Below, piece by piece: positions 36,774 through 47,752 of a stretch of 64,000 bases of DNA; positions within the stretch are counted from its first letter, which is position 1, and every line of letters begins with the position of its first letter. Both the position numbers and the translations under genes were made by a program. The notes under the pieces are model-generated. The model ran no database searches. It saw only the letters and a list, made by a program, of their open reading frames with translations, and had not been told where the DNA came from. The stretch covers positions 124,001 through 188,000 of the forward strand of contig CBFFRP010000348.1 of the NCBI GenBank assembly GCA_965644295.1. Reading direction: 5' to 3'. This stretch comes from Paraphysomonas bandaiensis. Taxonomy: Eukaryota > Protista > Chrysophyceae.

Positions 36774-39700
36774 TCCCCTTTGCCGCCGCCATGGCAGTGA
36801 GATTCTTAGTAGGGATTAATTCTACCCACCTAGAAAAAGAATCGATAATCACTAATATATTAGTGTATCCATCCTCATCTGGATGCAGACTCTGAATAAA
36901 ATCCACTGCTATTCTTTGCATCGGGCCATATGTTGAGACAGTAAAGGGATGAGCATTAATTATTGGTTTAATTCTACTCATCTTTTGACAACAAGGACAA
37001 GTTTTAATAAATTTTGTCACATGTGCCCCTTGCTTTGACCATTTATGACCATTGTCTCGTAATTTTTGTATTGTACGATCAATACCATGATGACCTGTAA
37101 CATTGTTATGAAATCTTTTAATAATTTCCCATTCCTTGTTTGGAACTTTAATATCGGGAATTAGGGAAGCACATTTTGTTTCCATTTTAGATTCTAATGC
37201 ACATAGTCTACTAAATGCATCAGCAACAACATTATCAGATCCTTTAATATCACATAGATCATAATCATATGCTTGGAAACATTTCAACCATCGCTGAACT
37301 TTCTTATCCTTAGCGTAATCAGTTCTCAACTGAGTAATATTTTTATGATCTGTTTTGATCGTAAAGTATCTATACCTTAATAGGTAGTCCCATTTATCTA
37401 AGGCATAGTATATAGCATATCCTTCTTTCTGAGGTGTATCCCAATTCATCATTCTTTCATCGAATGTTTTACTGAGAAATCCTATTGGACGTTCTACACC
37501 ATCTACTACTTGGTAGAGGTATGCTCCTATTCCATAATCAGATGCATCGGTCAATAAATATATTGGTGACTCGTCATCAATGAAAAATAATGTTGGACAT
37601 TCATGGATCATCAATTTGATCTTTTCAAATGCTTCATTGGCATCCTCTGTCCATTGTAGACGTTTACGTCTATGATAGTTGAGAAGCATTTTATTTAACG
37701 GTCTCACCACTAAGGAGTGGTTGTGCACGTGATCCCGAAAATAATTTGCCAATCCGAGGAAAGATTTTAGACCCTTCATAGTTTCAGGCTTTGGGAAATT
37801 TAATACACTATCCAGACGTTCTCTAGTAAAGTGTAACCCTTCCTCATTTAGAGTATGTCCTACATATTGTACTTCGGACTCTCCTATTTTCACTTTCTCA
37901 GGATTAATGTAAACATTGTATTTCCTGAAGCGTTCTAGAACTTTAACGTAATTTTCAATTAGTTCATCTTCTGTAGAAGCATATATAATCAGGTCATCTA
38001 GATATAATTCACATATGAACATAATCAACCCGGCAAGCACAATTGTTGTTAATACTCGTTGAAAGTATGATGGAGCACCACTCAAACCCATGGGTAGTCG
38101 GAGCCATTCGAATACTCCCCAGAAGGTTATAAATGCCGTCCACTTTCTCGAGTACTCTGAAATTTTAGCCTGGTAATAACCAGATACTAAATCCAGAATT
38201 ATGAAGTATTTGGGTTTCTTAGACCCAATACGTTCTAACATTTCTTTGATGTTAGGTATTGGCCAACGTTCCCTCTGTGTGTGCTTGTTTAGACCTTTAT
38301 AGTCTACACAGAATCGCCATTTATCATTTGGTTTGGGAACTAATAATACCTGGCTATAATAAGGAGCCGTACTTGGTTGTATTATTCCATGCTCCACAAA
38401 TGTATCGATTTGCTTTTTACAAGCATACTGTCGTACTCGATCCATCTTTCGTGGCGGACCACAATGTTTTGGTTGTTCCCAAGCATCCCTATCTACCTCT
38501 AATTCAAAAGGTGGAACATCCATTGGCATATCCGACACTGTGGTTCTAAATCTATCCTTATAGATTTCATGGATTTCTCTCACCCTCCTTTGTAAAGATT
38601 CGGGACCAGAGATTTTAGTTGGTAACGTAGTACCTTCTACTTTTTCCTGAGTATTTGTAACTATTTCTTCTGGGATTGACTCCAGATAGTTATCTCTAAT
38701 CTCGCCTATATCTTCCTTTTCATATGCACTTATACGCATGGATGATATTGGAGGTGAATACATAGTACTAACCAAGCTATTACTTGTAAGTAAATTATTA
38801 TTATAACTAAGGTGTTCCTTAGCTTGGCGCCTTAATGTTTCCATGTTATTATAACATGTGGCTCTCTCACTAATATGTTCCGAGAGAAGCTGAGTCTTCT
38901 CAGCATGGCCCGCGGCCGTAGCTAGCATTTTCCCTGCTAACTCTCTTTCCATAAAGTGAGATGGAAAATGATCAACTAATCTATATTTCTTGATAGTTTC
39001 TCTACCAATTATGATATCAAAGGTGCTATCTATTATCAAACATTGCAACTCAATATCAAGAGTATTGTTATACTCATCAGTTAATCTTATAGTTATTATC
39101 ATATATTGCTTGCTACTACAACAAGCATTATCAAGCGCACTACAAATTTTAATGTTACACTCGTGCAATGGAATTCCATACCTAGCAACTAACATATCAG
39201 CAAGTTCTTGGTTAATGAAATTATTCCCAGTAGCCCCCGTGTCCAATAAGGCTTTAGCTCTTAGATTTTCCTTTACCTGTTGTACATTGACATCAGCTTT
39301 AGGATATACAAAGACATCGAGCATATCATTATTCATGTCAATAGCATTTATATATAAACACTTAGGGCATGATAACTTACTTGTTTTCGATCTTGGAGGA
39401 CCATCAGGATTCTCCACATAAGGGCAGGTACTCCAACCCATAACCGCATATTTTTTGCCCTGTGTGGAATCTTTCCATGGCTTCTTTTCATGGTTAGCCC
39501 ATGCACAGGTTTTGCGGGTGCAGTCACCTTTATGAAGATTACCGCATATCCAACATGCTTCCTTAGTATCAGTTGTTGCTTTAGTACTTGAGGATGAGCT
39601 GGAGGATGAAGTTTTTGTATTCTTAGTCTTGTTAGACTTAGATGTTTCTTTGGAATCCAATTTAGTTTCCATCCTCTTTACTTTTCTCACAGCTTGACTA

Positions 39701-40626
39701 TAGTCATTGTTAAGCTCTCGCACCTTTCTACAGAATGCTCCGAAATCTTTTGGTGCAGATTGACCTTGGCCTATATCCGCTATAAATTTCTCTTTGGCAT
39801 CCTTTCTGAAGGAATGTCCGCCCACAAGTTTAATGTTTTTCTTGAGGGTTTTGACTATGGTATCCGAGGCTACCTCTGTGAGACTTGCCTCCGGAATGAG
39901 CTTATAAAGCTCATTCAGACGTCCATATTCTTTTAAGAATACTTTAGGAACATGAATATCCACCTTAACCTTTGGTCCAATGATATTATCTATGAACCTA
40001 GGAAGAGGCTCCAATGTATCAGAGTATCGCTCCTCTTCCTCTAGAAAGGCTTGCTTTAACCACTGAATCAATTCCTCAGTAGTTACAATGTTTGGATCTA
40101 GCCAGTCCTCGTCAGACTCATCTCCAAAATCCTGCTGTCGCTGAAACTGAAGCATATCACGCACTGTTGGTGCCATGATTTCTGACCTTATGAATTTTGT
40201 CCCTTTAGGATCTCTTTTCGAGAGATTTTCACAAAATTCGATGATATCCTCATCTTGCACACTACCTAAGTAGGGAATAGAGTCGGTATTGATTACTTCA
40301 TGTGGAGTGGATTCCGTCGCAATGACTTCATTCAAGTCAATGCGCTCACTCCTGTTGGGGTGCGGATCTCCACTCCTTTGCTTCTTTCTCTTTGGTTGAG
40401 AAGAAGAGAGCTCACGAAATGATACTCCACTCAATTCTCCTTCAGCCTCTACTGATGTCTCAGTTTGAGGAGAAGATTGCATTTGAGATGATGTTGTTGC
40501 ATCTCTTGCTCGTTTTCGAGAGGATTCTCTCTCTCTTTTCGTCTTTTTAGACGAAGAACCCGAAGCAGCTAACAATTCCTCTATTTGAGGAGCTGCTTTT
40601 ATTTTGCTTCTCTTACTTTCCCCCAT
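36754..40626 (-). CDS. Gag-Pol polyprotein (gag, aspartic protease, RT, RNase H, integrase N-half)
   Basis: CWICGNLHKGDC knuckle, ALLDTGA, WRFCVDYKGLN, LPMGL, YLDD, TDASDYGIGA, HNNVTGHHG..CPCC and IAVDF. Confidence 0.95.
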   Translation of the reverse strand: MGESKRSKIKAAPQIEELLAASGSSSKKTKRERESSRKRARDATTSSQMQSSPQTETSVEAEGELSGVSFRELSSSQPKRKKQRSGDPHPNRSERIDLNEVIATESTPHEVINTDSIPYLGSVQDEDIIEFCENLSKRDPKGTKFIRSEIMAPTVRDMLQFQRQQDFGDESDEDWLDPNIVTTEELIQWLKQAFLEEEERYSDTLEPLPRFIDNIIGPKVKVDIHVPKVFLKEYGRLNELYKLIPEASLTEVASDTIVKTLKKNIKLVGGHSFRKDAKEKFIADIGQGQSAPKDFGAFCRKVRELNNDYSQAVRKVKRMETKLDSKETSKSNKTKNTKTSSSSSSSSTKATTDTKEACWICGNLHKGDCTRKTCAWANHEKKPWKDSTQGKKYAVMGWSTCPYVENPDGPPRSKTSKLSCPKCLYINAIDMNNDMLDVFVYPKADVNVQQVKENLRAKALLDTGATGNNFINQELADMLVARYGIPLHECNIKICSALDNACCSSKQYMIITIRLTDEYNNTLDIELQCLIIDSTFDIIIGRETIKKYRLVDHFPSHFMERELAGKMLATAAGHAEKTQLLSEHISERATCYNNMETLRRQAKEHLSYNNNLLTSNSLVSTMYSPPISSMRISAYEKEDIGEIRDNYLESIPEEIVTNTQEKVEGTTLPTKISGPESLQRRVREIHEIYKDRFRTTVSDMPMDVPPFELEVDRDAWEQPKHCGPPRKMDRVRQYACKKQIDTFVEHGIIQPSTAPYYSQVLLVPKPNDKWRFCVDYKGLNKHTQRERWPIPNIKEMLERIGSKKPKYFIILDLVSGYYQAKISEYSRKWTAFITFWGVFEWLRLPMGLSGAPSYFQRVLTTIVLAGLIMFICELYLDDLIIYASTEDELIENYVKVLERFRKYNVYINPEKVKIGESEVQYVGHTLNEEGLHFTRERLDSVLNFPKPETMKGLKSFLGLANYFRDHVHNHSLVVRPLNKMLLNYHRRKRLQWTEDANEAFEKIKLMIHECPTLFFIDDESPIYLLTDASDYGIGAYLYQVVDGVERPIGFLSKTFDERMMNWDTPQKEGYAIYYALDKWDYLLRYRYFTIKTDHKNITQLRTDYAKDKKVQRWLKCFQAYDYDLCDIKGSDNVVADAFSRLCALESKMETKCASLIPDIKVPNKEWEIIKRFHNNVTGHHGIDRTIQKLRDNGHKWSKQGAHVTKFIKTCPCCQKMSRIKPIINAHPFTVSTYGPMQRIAVDFIQSLHPDEDGYTNILVIIDSFSRWVELIPTKNLTAMAAAKGIASTPG

Positions 40627-40675
40627 AATATTGTTATATCACAGAGATTGAGTACTACTTATTAAGTAATATTAC

Positions 40676-40992
40676 TGTGGGCTTGCATACATATGTGTAT
40701 GTGTGCAAAGCAATACCCAAGTACAGAAGTACAAAATAATGATTATTATCGTATAATGAATCATGAATAATACTGTCTACAATATCAACGGCTAATAATA
40801 CTGTCTACAATATCAACGGCTAATAATACTGTCTACAATATCAACGGCTATTGCTAATCCCAACAATCACATTCCCTACAGTTTGTATTCCTAACTACAT
40901 GGTACACGTATACAATACAGTACTGTACTACTAATCATATAATACAGGACATGTACACGTATATATTCTATATGTAAGTGGATAGTCCTACA
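40676..40992 (-). repeat. 5' LTR
   Basis: TGTGGGCTTG...GTCCTACA, same as 35411-35727. Confidence 0.95.
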
Positions 40993-42696
40993 ATAGTCAC
41001 CCGGGCTAGAGTTGCGTGCCATCAATTCGCTAGTGTGTGTGAGAGTTATTGATTAGCTCAATAGTCACCCGGGCTAGAGTTGCGTGCCATCAATTCGCTA
41101 GTGTGTGTGAGAGTTATTGATTAGCTCAATAGTCACCCGGGCTAGAGTTGCGTGCCATCAATTCGCTAGTGTGTGTGAGAGTTATTGATTAGCTCAATAG
41201 TCACCCGGGCTAGAGTTGCGTGCCATCAATTCGCTAGTGTGTGTGAGAGTTATTGATTAGCTCAATAGTCACCCGGGCTAGAGTTGCGTGCCATCAATTC
41301 GCTAGTGTGTGTGAGAGTTATTGATTAGCTCAATAGTCACCCGGGCTAGAGTTGCGTGCCATCAATTCGCTAGTGTGTGTGAGAGTTATTGATTAGCTCA
41401 ATAGTCACCCGGGCTAGAGTTGCGTGCCATCAATTCGCTAGTGTGTGTGAGAGTTATTGATTAGCTCAATAGTCACCCGGGCTAGAGTTGCGTGCCATCA
41501 ATTCGCTAGTGTGTGTGAGAGTTATTGATTAGCTCAATAGTCACCCGGGCTAGAGTTGCGTGCCATCAATTCGCTAGTGTGTGTGAGAGTTATTGATTAG
41601 CTCAATAGTCACCCGGGCTAGAGTTGCGTGCCATCAATTCGCTAGTGTGTGTGAGAGTTATTGATTAGCTCAATAGTCACCCGGGCTAGAGTTGCGTGCC
41701 ATCAATTCGCTAGTGTGTGTGAGAGTTATTGATTAGCTCAATAGTCACCCGGGCTAGAGTTGCGTGCCATCAATTCGCTAGTGTGTGTGAGAGTTATTGA
41801 TTAGCTCAATAGTCACCCGGGCTAGAGTTGCGTGCCATCAATTCGCTAGTGTGTGTGAGAGTTATTGATTAGCTCAATAGTCACCCGGGCTAGAGTTGCG
41901 TGCCATCAATTCGCTAGTGTGTGTGAGAGTTATTGATTAGCTCAATAGTCACCCGGGCTAGAGTTGCGTGCCATCAATTCGCTAGTGTGTGTGAGAGTTA
42001 TTGATTAGCTCAATAGTCACCCGGGCTAGAGTTGCGTGCCATCAATTCGCTAGTGTGTGTGAGAGTTATTGATTAGCTCAATAGTCACCCGGGCTAGAGT
42101 TGCGTGCCATCAATTCGCTAGTGTGTGTGAGAGTTATTGATTAGCTCAATAGTCACCCGGGCTAGAGTTGCGTGCCATCAATTCGCTAGTGTGTGTGAGA
42201 GTTATTGATTAGCTCAATAGTCACCCGGGCTAGAGTTGCGTGCCATCAATTCGCTAGTGTGTGTGAGAGTTATTGATTAGCTCAATAGTCACCCGGGCTA
42301 GAGTTGCGTGCCATCAATTCGCTAGTGTGTGTGAGAGTTATTGATTAGCTCAATAGTCACCCGGGCTAGAGTTGCGTGCCATCAATTCGCTAGTGTGTGT
42401 GAGAGTTATTGATTAGCTCAATAGTCACCCGGGCTAGAGTTGCGTGCCATCAATTCGCTAGTGTGTGTGAGAGTTATTGATTAGCTCAATAGTCACCCGG
42501 GCTAGAGTTGCGTGCCATCAATTCGCTAGTGTGTGTGAGAGTTATTGATTAGCTCAATAGTCACCCGGGCTAGAGTTGCGTGCCATCAATTCGCTAGTGT
42601 GTGTGAGAGTTATTGATTAGCTCAATAGTCACCCGGGCTAGAGTTGCGTGCCATCAATTCGCTAGTGTGTGTGAGAGTTATTGATTAGCTCAATAG

Positions 42697-42898
42697 TCAC
42701 ACACACTAGCGAATTGATGGCACGCAACTCTAGCCCGGGTGACTATTGAGCTAATCAATAACTCTCACACACACTAGCGAATTGATGCCACGCAACTCTA
42801 GCCCGGGTGACTATTGAGCTCTGTTTGAAAACAAGCATAACGTGTATGGATATACAAACGACAGCGTATTATACATACGTTCATGTGGTACAAGAATC
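42697..42898 (-). repeat. Inverted copy of the satellite's left border (~2 monomers + ~78 bp unique flank)
   Basis: Reverse complement of ~34643-34845, including the unique GATTCTTGTACCACATGAACG... flank. Confidence 0.95.
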
Positions 42899-44752
42899 GG
42901 GCTAGAGTTGCGTGCCATCAATTCGCTAGTGTGTGTGAGAGTTATTGATTAGCTCAATAGTCACCCGGGCTAGAGTTGCGTGCCATCAATTCGCTAGTGT
43001 GTGTGAGAGTTATTGATTAGCTCAATAGTCACCCGGGCTAGAGTTGCGTGCCATCAATTCGCTAGTGTGTGTGAGAGTTATTGATTAGCTCAATAGTCAC
43101 CCGGGCTAGAGTTGCGTGCCATCAATTCGCTAGTGTGTGTGAGAGTTATTGATTAGCTCAATAGTCACCCGGGCTAGAGTTGCGTGCCATCAATTCGCTA
43201 GTGTGTGTGAGAGTTATTGATTAGCTCAATAGTCACCCGGGCTAGAGTTGCGTGCCATCAATTCGCTAGTGTGTGTGAGAGTTATTGATTAGCTCAATAG
43301 TCACCCGGGCTAGAGTTGCGTGCCATCAATTCGCTAGTGTGTGTGAGAGTTATTGATTAGCTCAATAGTCACCCGGGCTAGAGTTGCGTGCCATCAATTC
43401 GCTAGTGTGTGTGAGAGTTATTGATTAGCTCAATAGTCACCCGGGCTAGAGTTGCGTGCCATCAATTCGCTAGTGTGTGTGAGAGTTATTGATTAGCTCA
43501 ATAGTCACCCGGGCTAGAGTTGCGTGCCATCAATTCGCTAGTGTGTGTGAGAGTTATTGATTAGCTCAATAGTCACCCGGGCTAGAGTTGCGTGCCATCA
43601 ATTCGCTAGTGTGTGTGAGAGTTATTGATTAGCTCAATAGTCACCCGGGCTAGAGTTGCGTGCCATCAATTCGCTAGTGTGTGTGAGAGTTATTGATTAG
43701 CTCAATAGTCACCCGGGCTAGAGTTGCGTGCCATCAATTCGCTAGTGTGTGTGAGAGTTATTGATTAGCTCAATAGTCACCCGGGCTAGAGTTGCGTGCC
43801 ATCAATTCGCTAGTGTGTGTGAGAGTTATTGATTAGCTCAATAGTCACCCGGGCTAGAGTTGCGTGCCATCAATTCGCTAGTGTGTGTGAGAGTTATTGA
43901 TTAGCTCAATAGTCACCCGGGCTAGAGTTGCGTGCCATCAATTCGCTAGTGTGTGTGAGAGTTATTGATTGAGCTCAATAGTCACCCGGGCTAGAGTTGC
44001 GTGCCATCAATTCGCTAGTGTGTGTGAGAGTTATTGATTAGCTCAATAGTCACCCGGGCTAGAGTTGCGTGCCATCAATTCGCTAGTGTGTGTGAGAGTT
44101 ATTGATTAGCTCAATAGTCACCCGGGCTAGAGTTGCGTGCCATCAATTCGCTAGTGTGTGTGAGAGTTATTGATTAGCTCAATAGTCACCCGGGCTAGAG
44201 TTGCGTGCCATCAATTCGCTAGTGTGTGTGAGAGTTATTGATTAGCTCAATAGTCACCCGGGCTAGAGTTGCGTGCCATCAATTCGCTAGTGTGTGTGAG
44301 AGTTATTGATTAGCTCAATAGTCACCCGGGCTAGAGTTGCGTGCCATCAATTCGCTAGTGTGTGTGAGAGTTATTGATTAGCTCAATAGTCACCCGGGCT
44401 AGAGTTGCGTGCCATCAATTCGCTAGTGTGTGTGAGCCTCATCTTTTTCAGAATTTACTAGGCTATATAGCTGCTTCGAGAATGCAGACCTTCAGGTTCA
44501 TGTTTGCAATAAAGTCTAACTTGCACGGACGAAGTATGATCGATTTAACATATTATCGCCTCTGGGATTAAATTACAATTTAGCAAGCTATGCTGGCAGC
44601 TACTTTTTAGCACGTAGTTTAGTATATATTTAATTGCTATTTTTACGGCAAGTAATCATTTCAATTATAATTGACTGCAGCCTGCTTTAAATATGACAAT
44701 TAATTCTTACGCAGCCCTGATCAATGTTCAATACATAGATTTCTTGTGTATT

Positions 44753-44852
44753 CCAAGGTTCGGAAACAATATTGTAATAGTATTATTAGACCGGTCTTAT
44801 ACTATTGATGGAACGCTATCTAACAATAGTATTGCAATATACTTTTCCCTGG
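44753..44852. repeat. Short palindromic MITE-like remnant, related to ~51190-51275
   Basis: Imperfect arms TATTGTAATAGTATTATTAGA / TCTAACAATAGTATTGCAATA. The string GATGGA.CGCT.TCTA...TAACAATAGTATTGCAATATA recurs at ~51232-51273. No TSD found. Confidence 0.35.
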
Positions 44853-45166
44853 TAACTGGTAACATATTTGTATATTCAGATGCTTTGTGTTTTTTTATAG
44901 TATCTCCTGTTGTTTTGTCCTGGTATTTCATGGGAACAATTATACATACTACCTATACTATCAACAGTTACCAGTATCGTTTCATTCAGGTAACAACTTA
45001 TTATATGGAAACATTGCGCATTAAAGTGTTATACTTTTAGAACAATAATATTACAGAAGTTCATTATTTTAGTGAAGAAACTACGTAGTGACGTATATAT
45101 TCCGTTCTTGCCACGACAGTTGATTACACGAAGCCCGAATTTATCATATCATACAGACTTTAGACT

Positions 45167-46549
45167 TTACACATCGTTCTCGGCTCTATTCCGCCGTGCA
45201 GACATTGCAGCCCTAATAGCCTCCACTCTGAACAGTATACAGCATTACGATTAGCTTACTAAACACGATATAAAGACCTGTCCTGTGCATCTCTATGCAA
45301 AAGTGTTTGAGCGAATTCCTTCATCGAGCAATCTGATAGTCATATCAGTGTAACGTTAATTGGAAGAACTAAAAGCTTACCTGCATTCACGAAACGACAC
45401 AACGCAGATAAAAAGTCCTGTAGCTCTAAAGGTCTCTGGTTTTGCTCAGGCGAAGGTGATGAGGTAGACATAAGAGACTTAACTCTGCTGACAGCAGCCA
45501 AGCGGCACAGCTCTCTCAAATCACTTCCGGTGTAACCCTCTGTCAACTCCGCGAGATCACCAAGGTTTACATCATCCGCCAAAGGTTCATTTCGCAGCAT
45601 CGCCTGCAAAATATCTTTTCTCCCATTACAATCAGGAACTGCTGTCTCAATACTAAGCGGCATACGCCTTAGAAATGCCTCGTCTATGTCCATAGGCCGG
45701 TTGGTTGCACCCAATACCACTACTGGCAATTTGCAATCTGAAGTGAGCCCATCCCACTCCGACATGAATGTACCAAGCATTGAGGACAAGCATGCGCTGC
45801 TCTCACCACCGTAGGACCCTCGCCGACGGAGAACTGTGTCAATCTCATCAATGAAAACTACACAAGGAGCTATCTTTCTGGCTAAACTGAATATGGAAGA
45901 TACAAGCTTGTCTGACTCTCCGACGTACTTATCTAGCATTGTGCCCGCCTTGATAGCCACGAATGACACCCCCGCCTCTGCAACACATTATCAAATTTGA
46001 TATTACTGAAATATATATTGTACCTTTCGCTATTGCCTTTGCAAGCATACTCTTTCCTGTTCCAGGTTTGCCATAGAGTAAAACACCTGTAGGACATCGA
46101 GGACACAAAGTGGAGGAAACAGTGTCCGCTCCTCCTTGAGATATCCAGTACTTAATAGGAAGAATAATGTTATCCATGACTTCTTCTTTTTGCTGAGACA
46201 TTCCGCCAATATCAGAAAAAGTTGTGCTGATGTCTTTACAGCACACCACGTCGCGTGCAATACTTATTTCATGTTTAGAAAACTCAAGCAACTCCAAATC
46301 CGGTCGACATAACTTCTCAGCAAGTTTCTTCTTTTCCGAATCATATGCGGGGGGAATATCGTACAACAAAGATGTCGCCACCGCATTAAGTCTCAGCGAA
46401 AGATAGAGTGCCGCCGATGCCAATGCACCATAAAACAGCGCATCGCCGATGACCTCTCCAATAGGTACACGTCTGTGGTTGTCTGAAGGTATGTGTGGTG
46501 AGGATCCCTCCCCTAGACGTGGAAATATTTTCATCAGCGTGGAGTACAT
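45167..46549 (-). CDS. ATAD1: Msp1/ATAD1-like membrane-anchored AAA+ ATPase, multi-exon
   Basis: N-terminal TM, TTFSDIGG, Walker A GVLLYGKPGTGKS, Walker B VVFIDEID, FMSEWDGL and SRH VLGATNRPMDIDEAFLRRMP. The 3' exons are approximate. Confidence 0.8.
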
Positions 46550-47752
46550 GCTGGGTATGAATATACGCGTTAGCTATGGCGGTATGCACACAACAGCGTA
46601 TCCAGGTGAAGCTCTTAGTGCCAGTGCGTGGTGGGTATAGTTCGTGGTCGGTAATAGCACCCCTCTTATATACTCTCCGCAGACATCTGTCTCATCTACT
46701 GATCCACTGCACTGCTCATGGACGTGAGATGACTCCTACAGCAGTATAGCAGTATACATATATACATACCATACCATACCATACCATACACCTGCCTCGG
46801 AATAGAAGATGACAGGAATACCGCCAACAATACCTATGGAATACAGCAGAATACTCCGGTACTGCTGTTTGTGTGTACCGCTTCACTGTCTGTGTCCTGC
46901 ATCTGTACACAGCCACAGAACACAGTTGCATCTCTAGATCTGTGCAGATATCAGATACACCGACGTTGCTCCTGACACAGCTGAGACCCGTAACTATCGT
47001 ATGGAACGCTACTGCAAGAAATGCGATACCATGCTCCTACTGTAAAGAGAAGCAGCAAGAAAACATTTAAATCGTATGCGCTTTTACCGTAAATGACTAT
47101 CATGTCGCTTATGACACACGTGCTGCGAATCTATTAAGATAGATACACTTCTTTTCCAGTGAACTAGGATCGATCAGTAGAGATCTTATTGCTCTTCATG
47201 CTACACGCTATTACGTCACTAATTTACTGAGAATTGATGTTCATGATCGTCCTATTCTGAATCACTGACAGAGTGTGTCTATTTCTACTGTGGTGGAGTC
47301 TACTTCATCAAGTGATAACTCAATAGCTTTGTCATTAGTGCTTGTTCCAGTATATTTCCGTCAATAGTATTGAGTGGTATATGAAGTATATAATTTAACA
47401 AGTCAACTGCATCAATGAACTCATCATTCAACAACTGTCTATTACTTATTTGAGCCGAATATATAGTACATAGTCATTGCTACTGTGTTCCTGAGCGTCA
47501 TTATCCGCTCCAAGCTCACGGTCTCGCCCATCTAGAATCGATTGTATTATGCTTGCACTAGACCAACGACTTTGGTAGCTTTACGAAGCATGACCATAAT
47601 AAATTTCCTACTCCGTTAGATGAAGAAAAAAATGTGTGAAAAAAAAGAGTATCCAAACATGAAACGTACTGTTCTTGAGTTATCTAAAATACTATAGCTA
47701 TCACACCCTAGAACAACAATGAACGAATATTTTCGGATACTGGGATTATATT

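Larger units (their letters stand above)
35411..40992 (-). mobile_element. Full-length Ty3/gypsy chromodomain-bearing LTR retrotransposon (chromovirus-like), 5582 bp
   Basis: Two 317-bp TG...CA LTRs, 4-bp TSD ATAG (35407-35410 and 40993-40996), PPT AAGGGGAGGTAG next to the 3' LTR, and domain order gag-PR-RT-RH-IN-chromo. Confidence 0.97.
34721..44436. repeat. 68-bp satellite array (~58 direct copies in three blocks: 34721-35410, 40993-42700, 42899-44436)
   Basis: Monomer AGCTCAATAGTCACCCGGGCTAGAGTTGCGTGCCATCAATTCGCTAGTGTGTGTGAGAGTTATTGATT, almost invariant. Confidence 0.98.

Noticed and set aside
34721-44436. CRISPR-like array
   Set aside because: Monomers are contiguous and identical with no variable spacers, there are no cas genes, and the context is eukaryotic.
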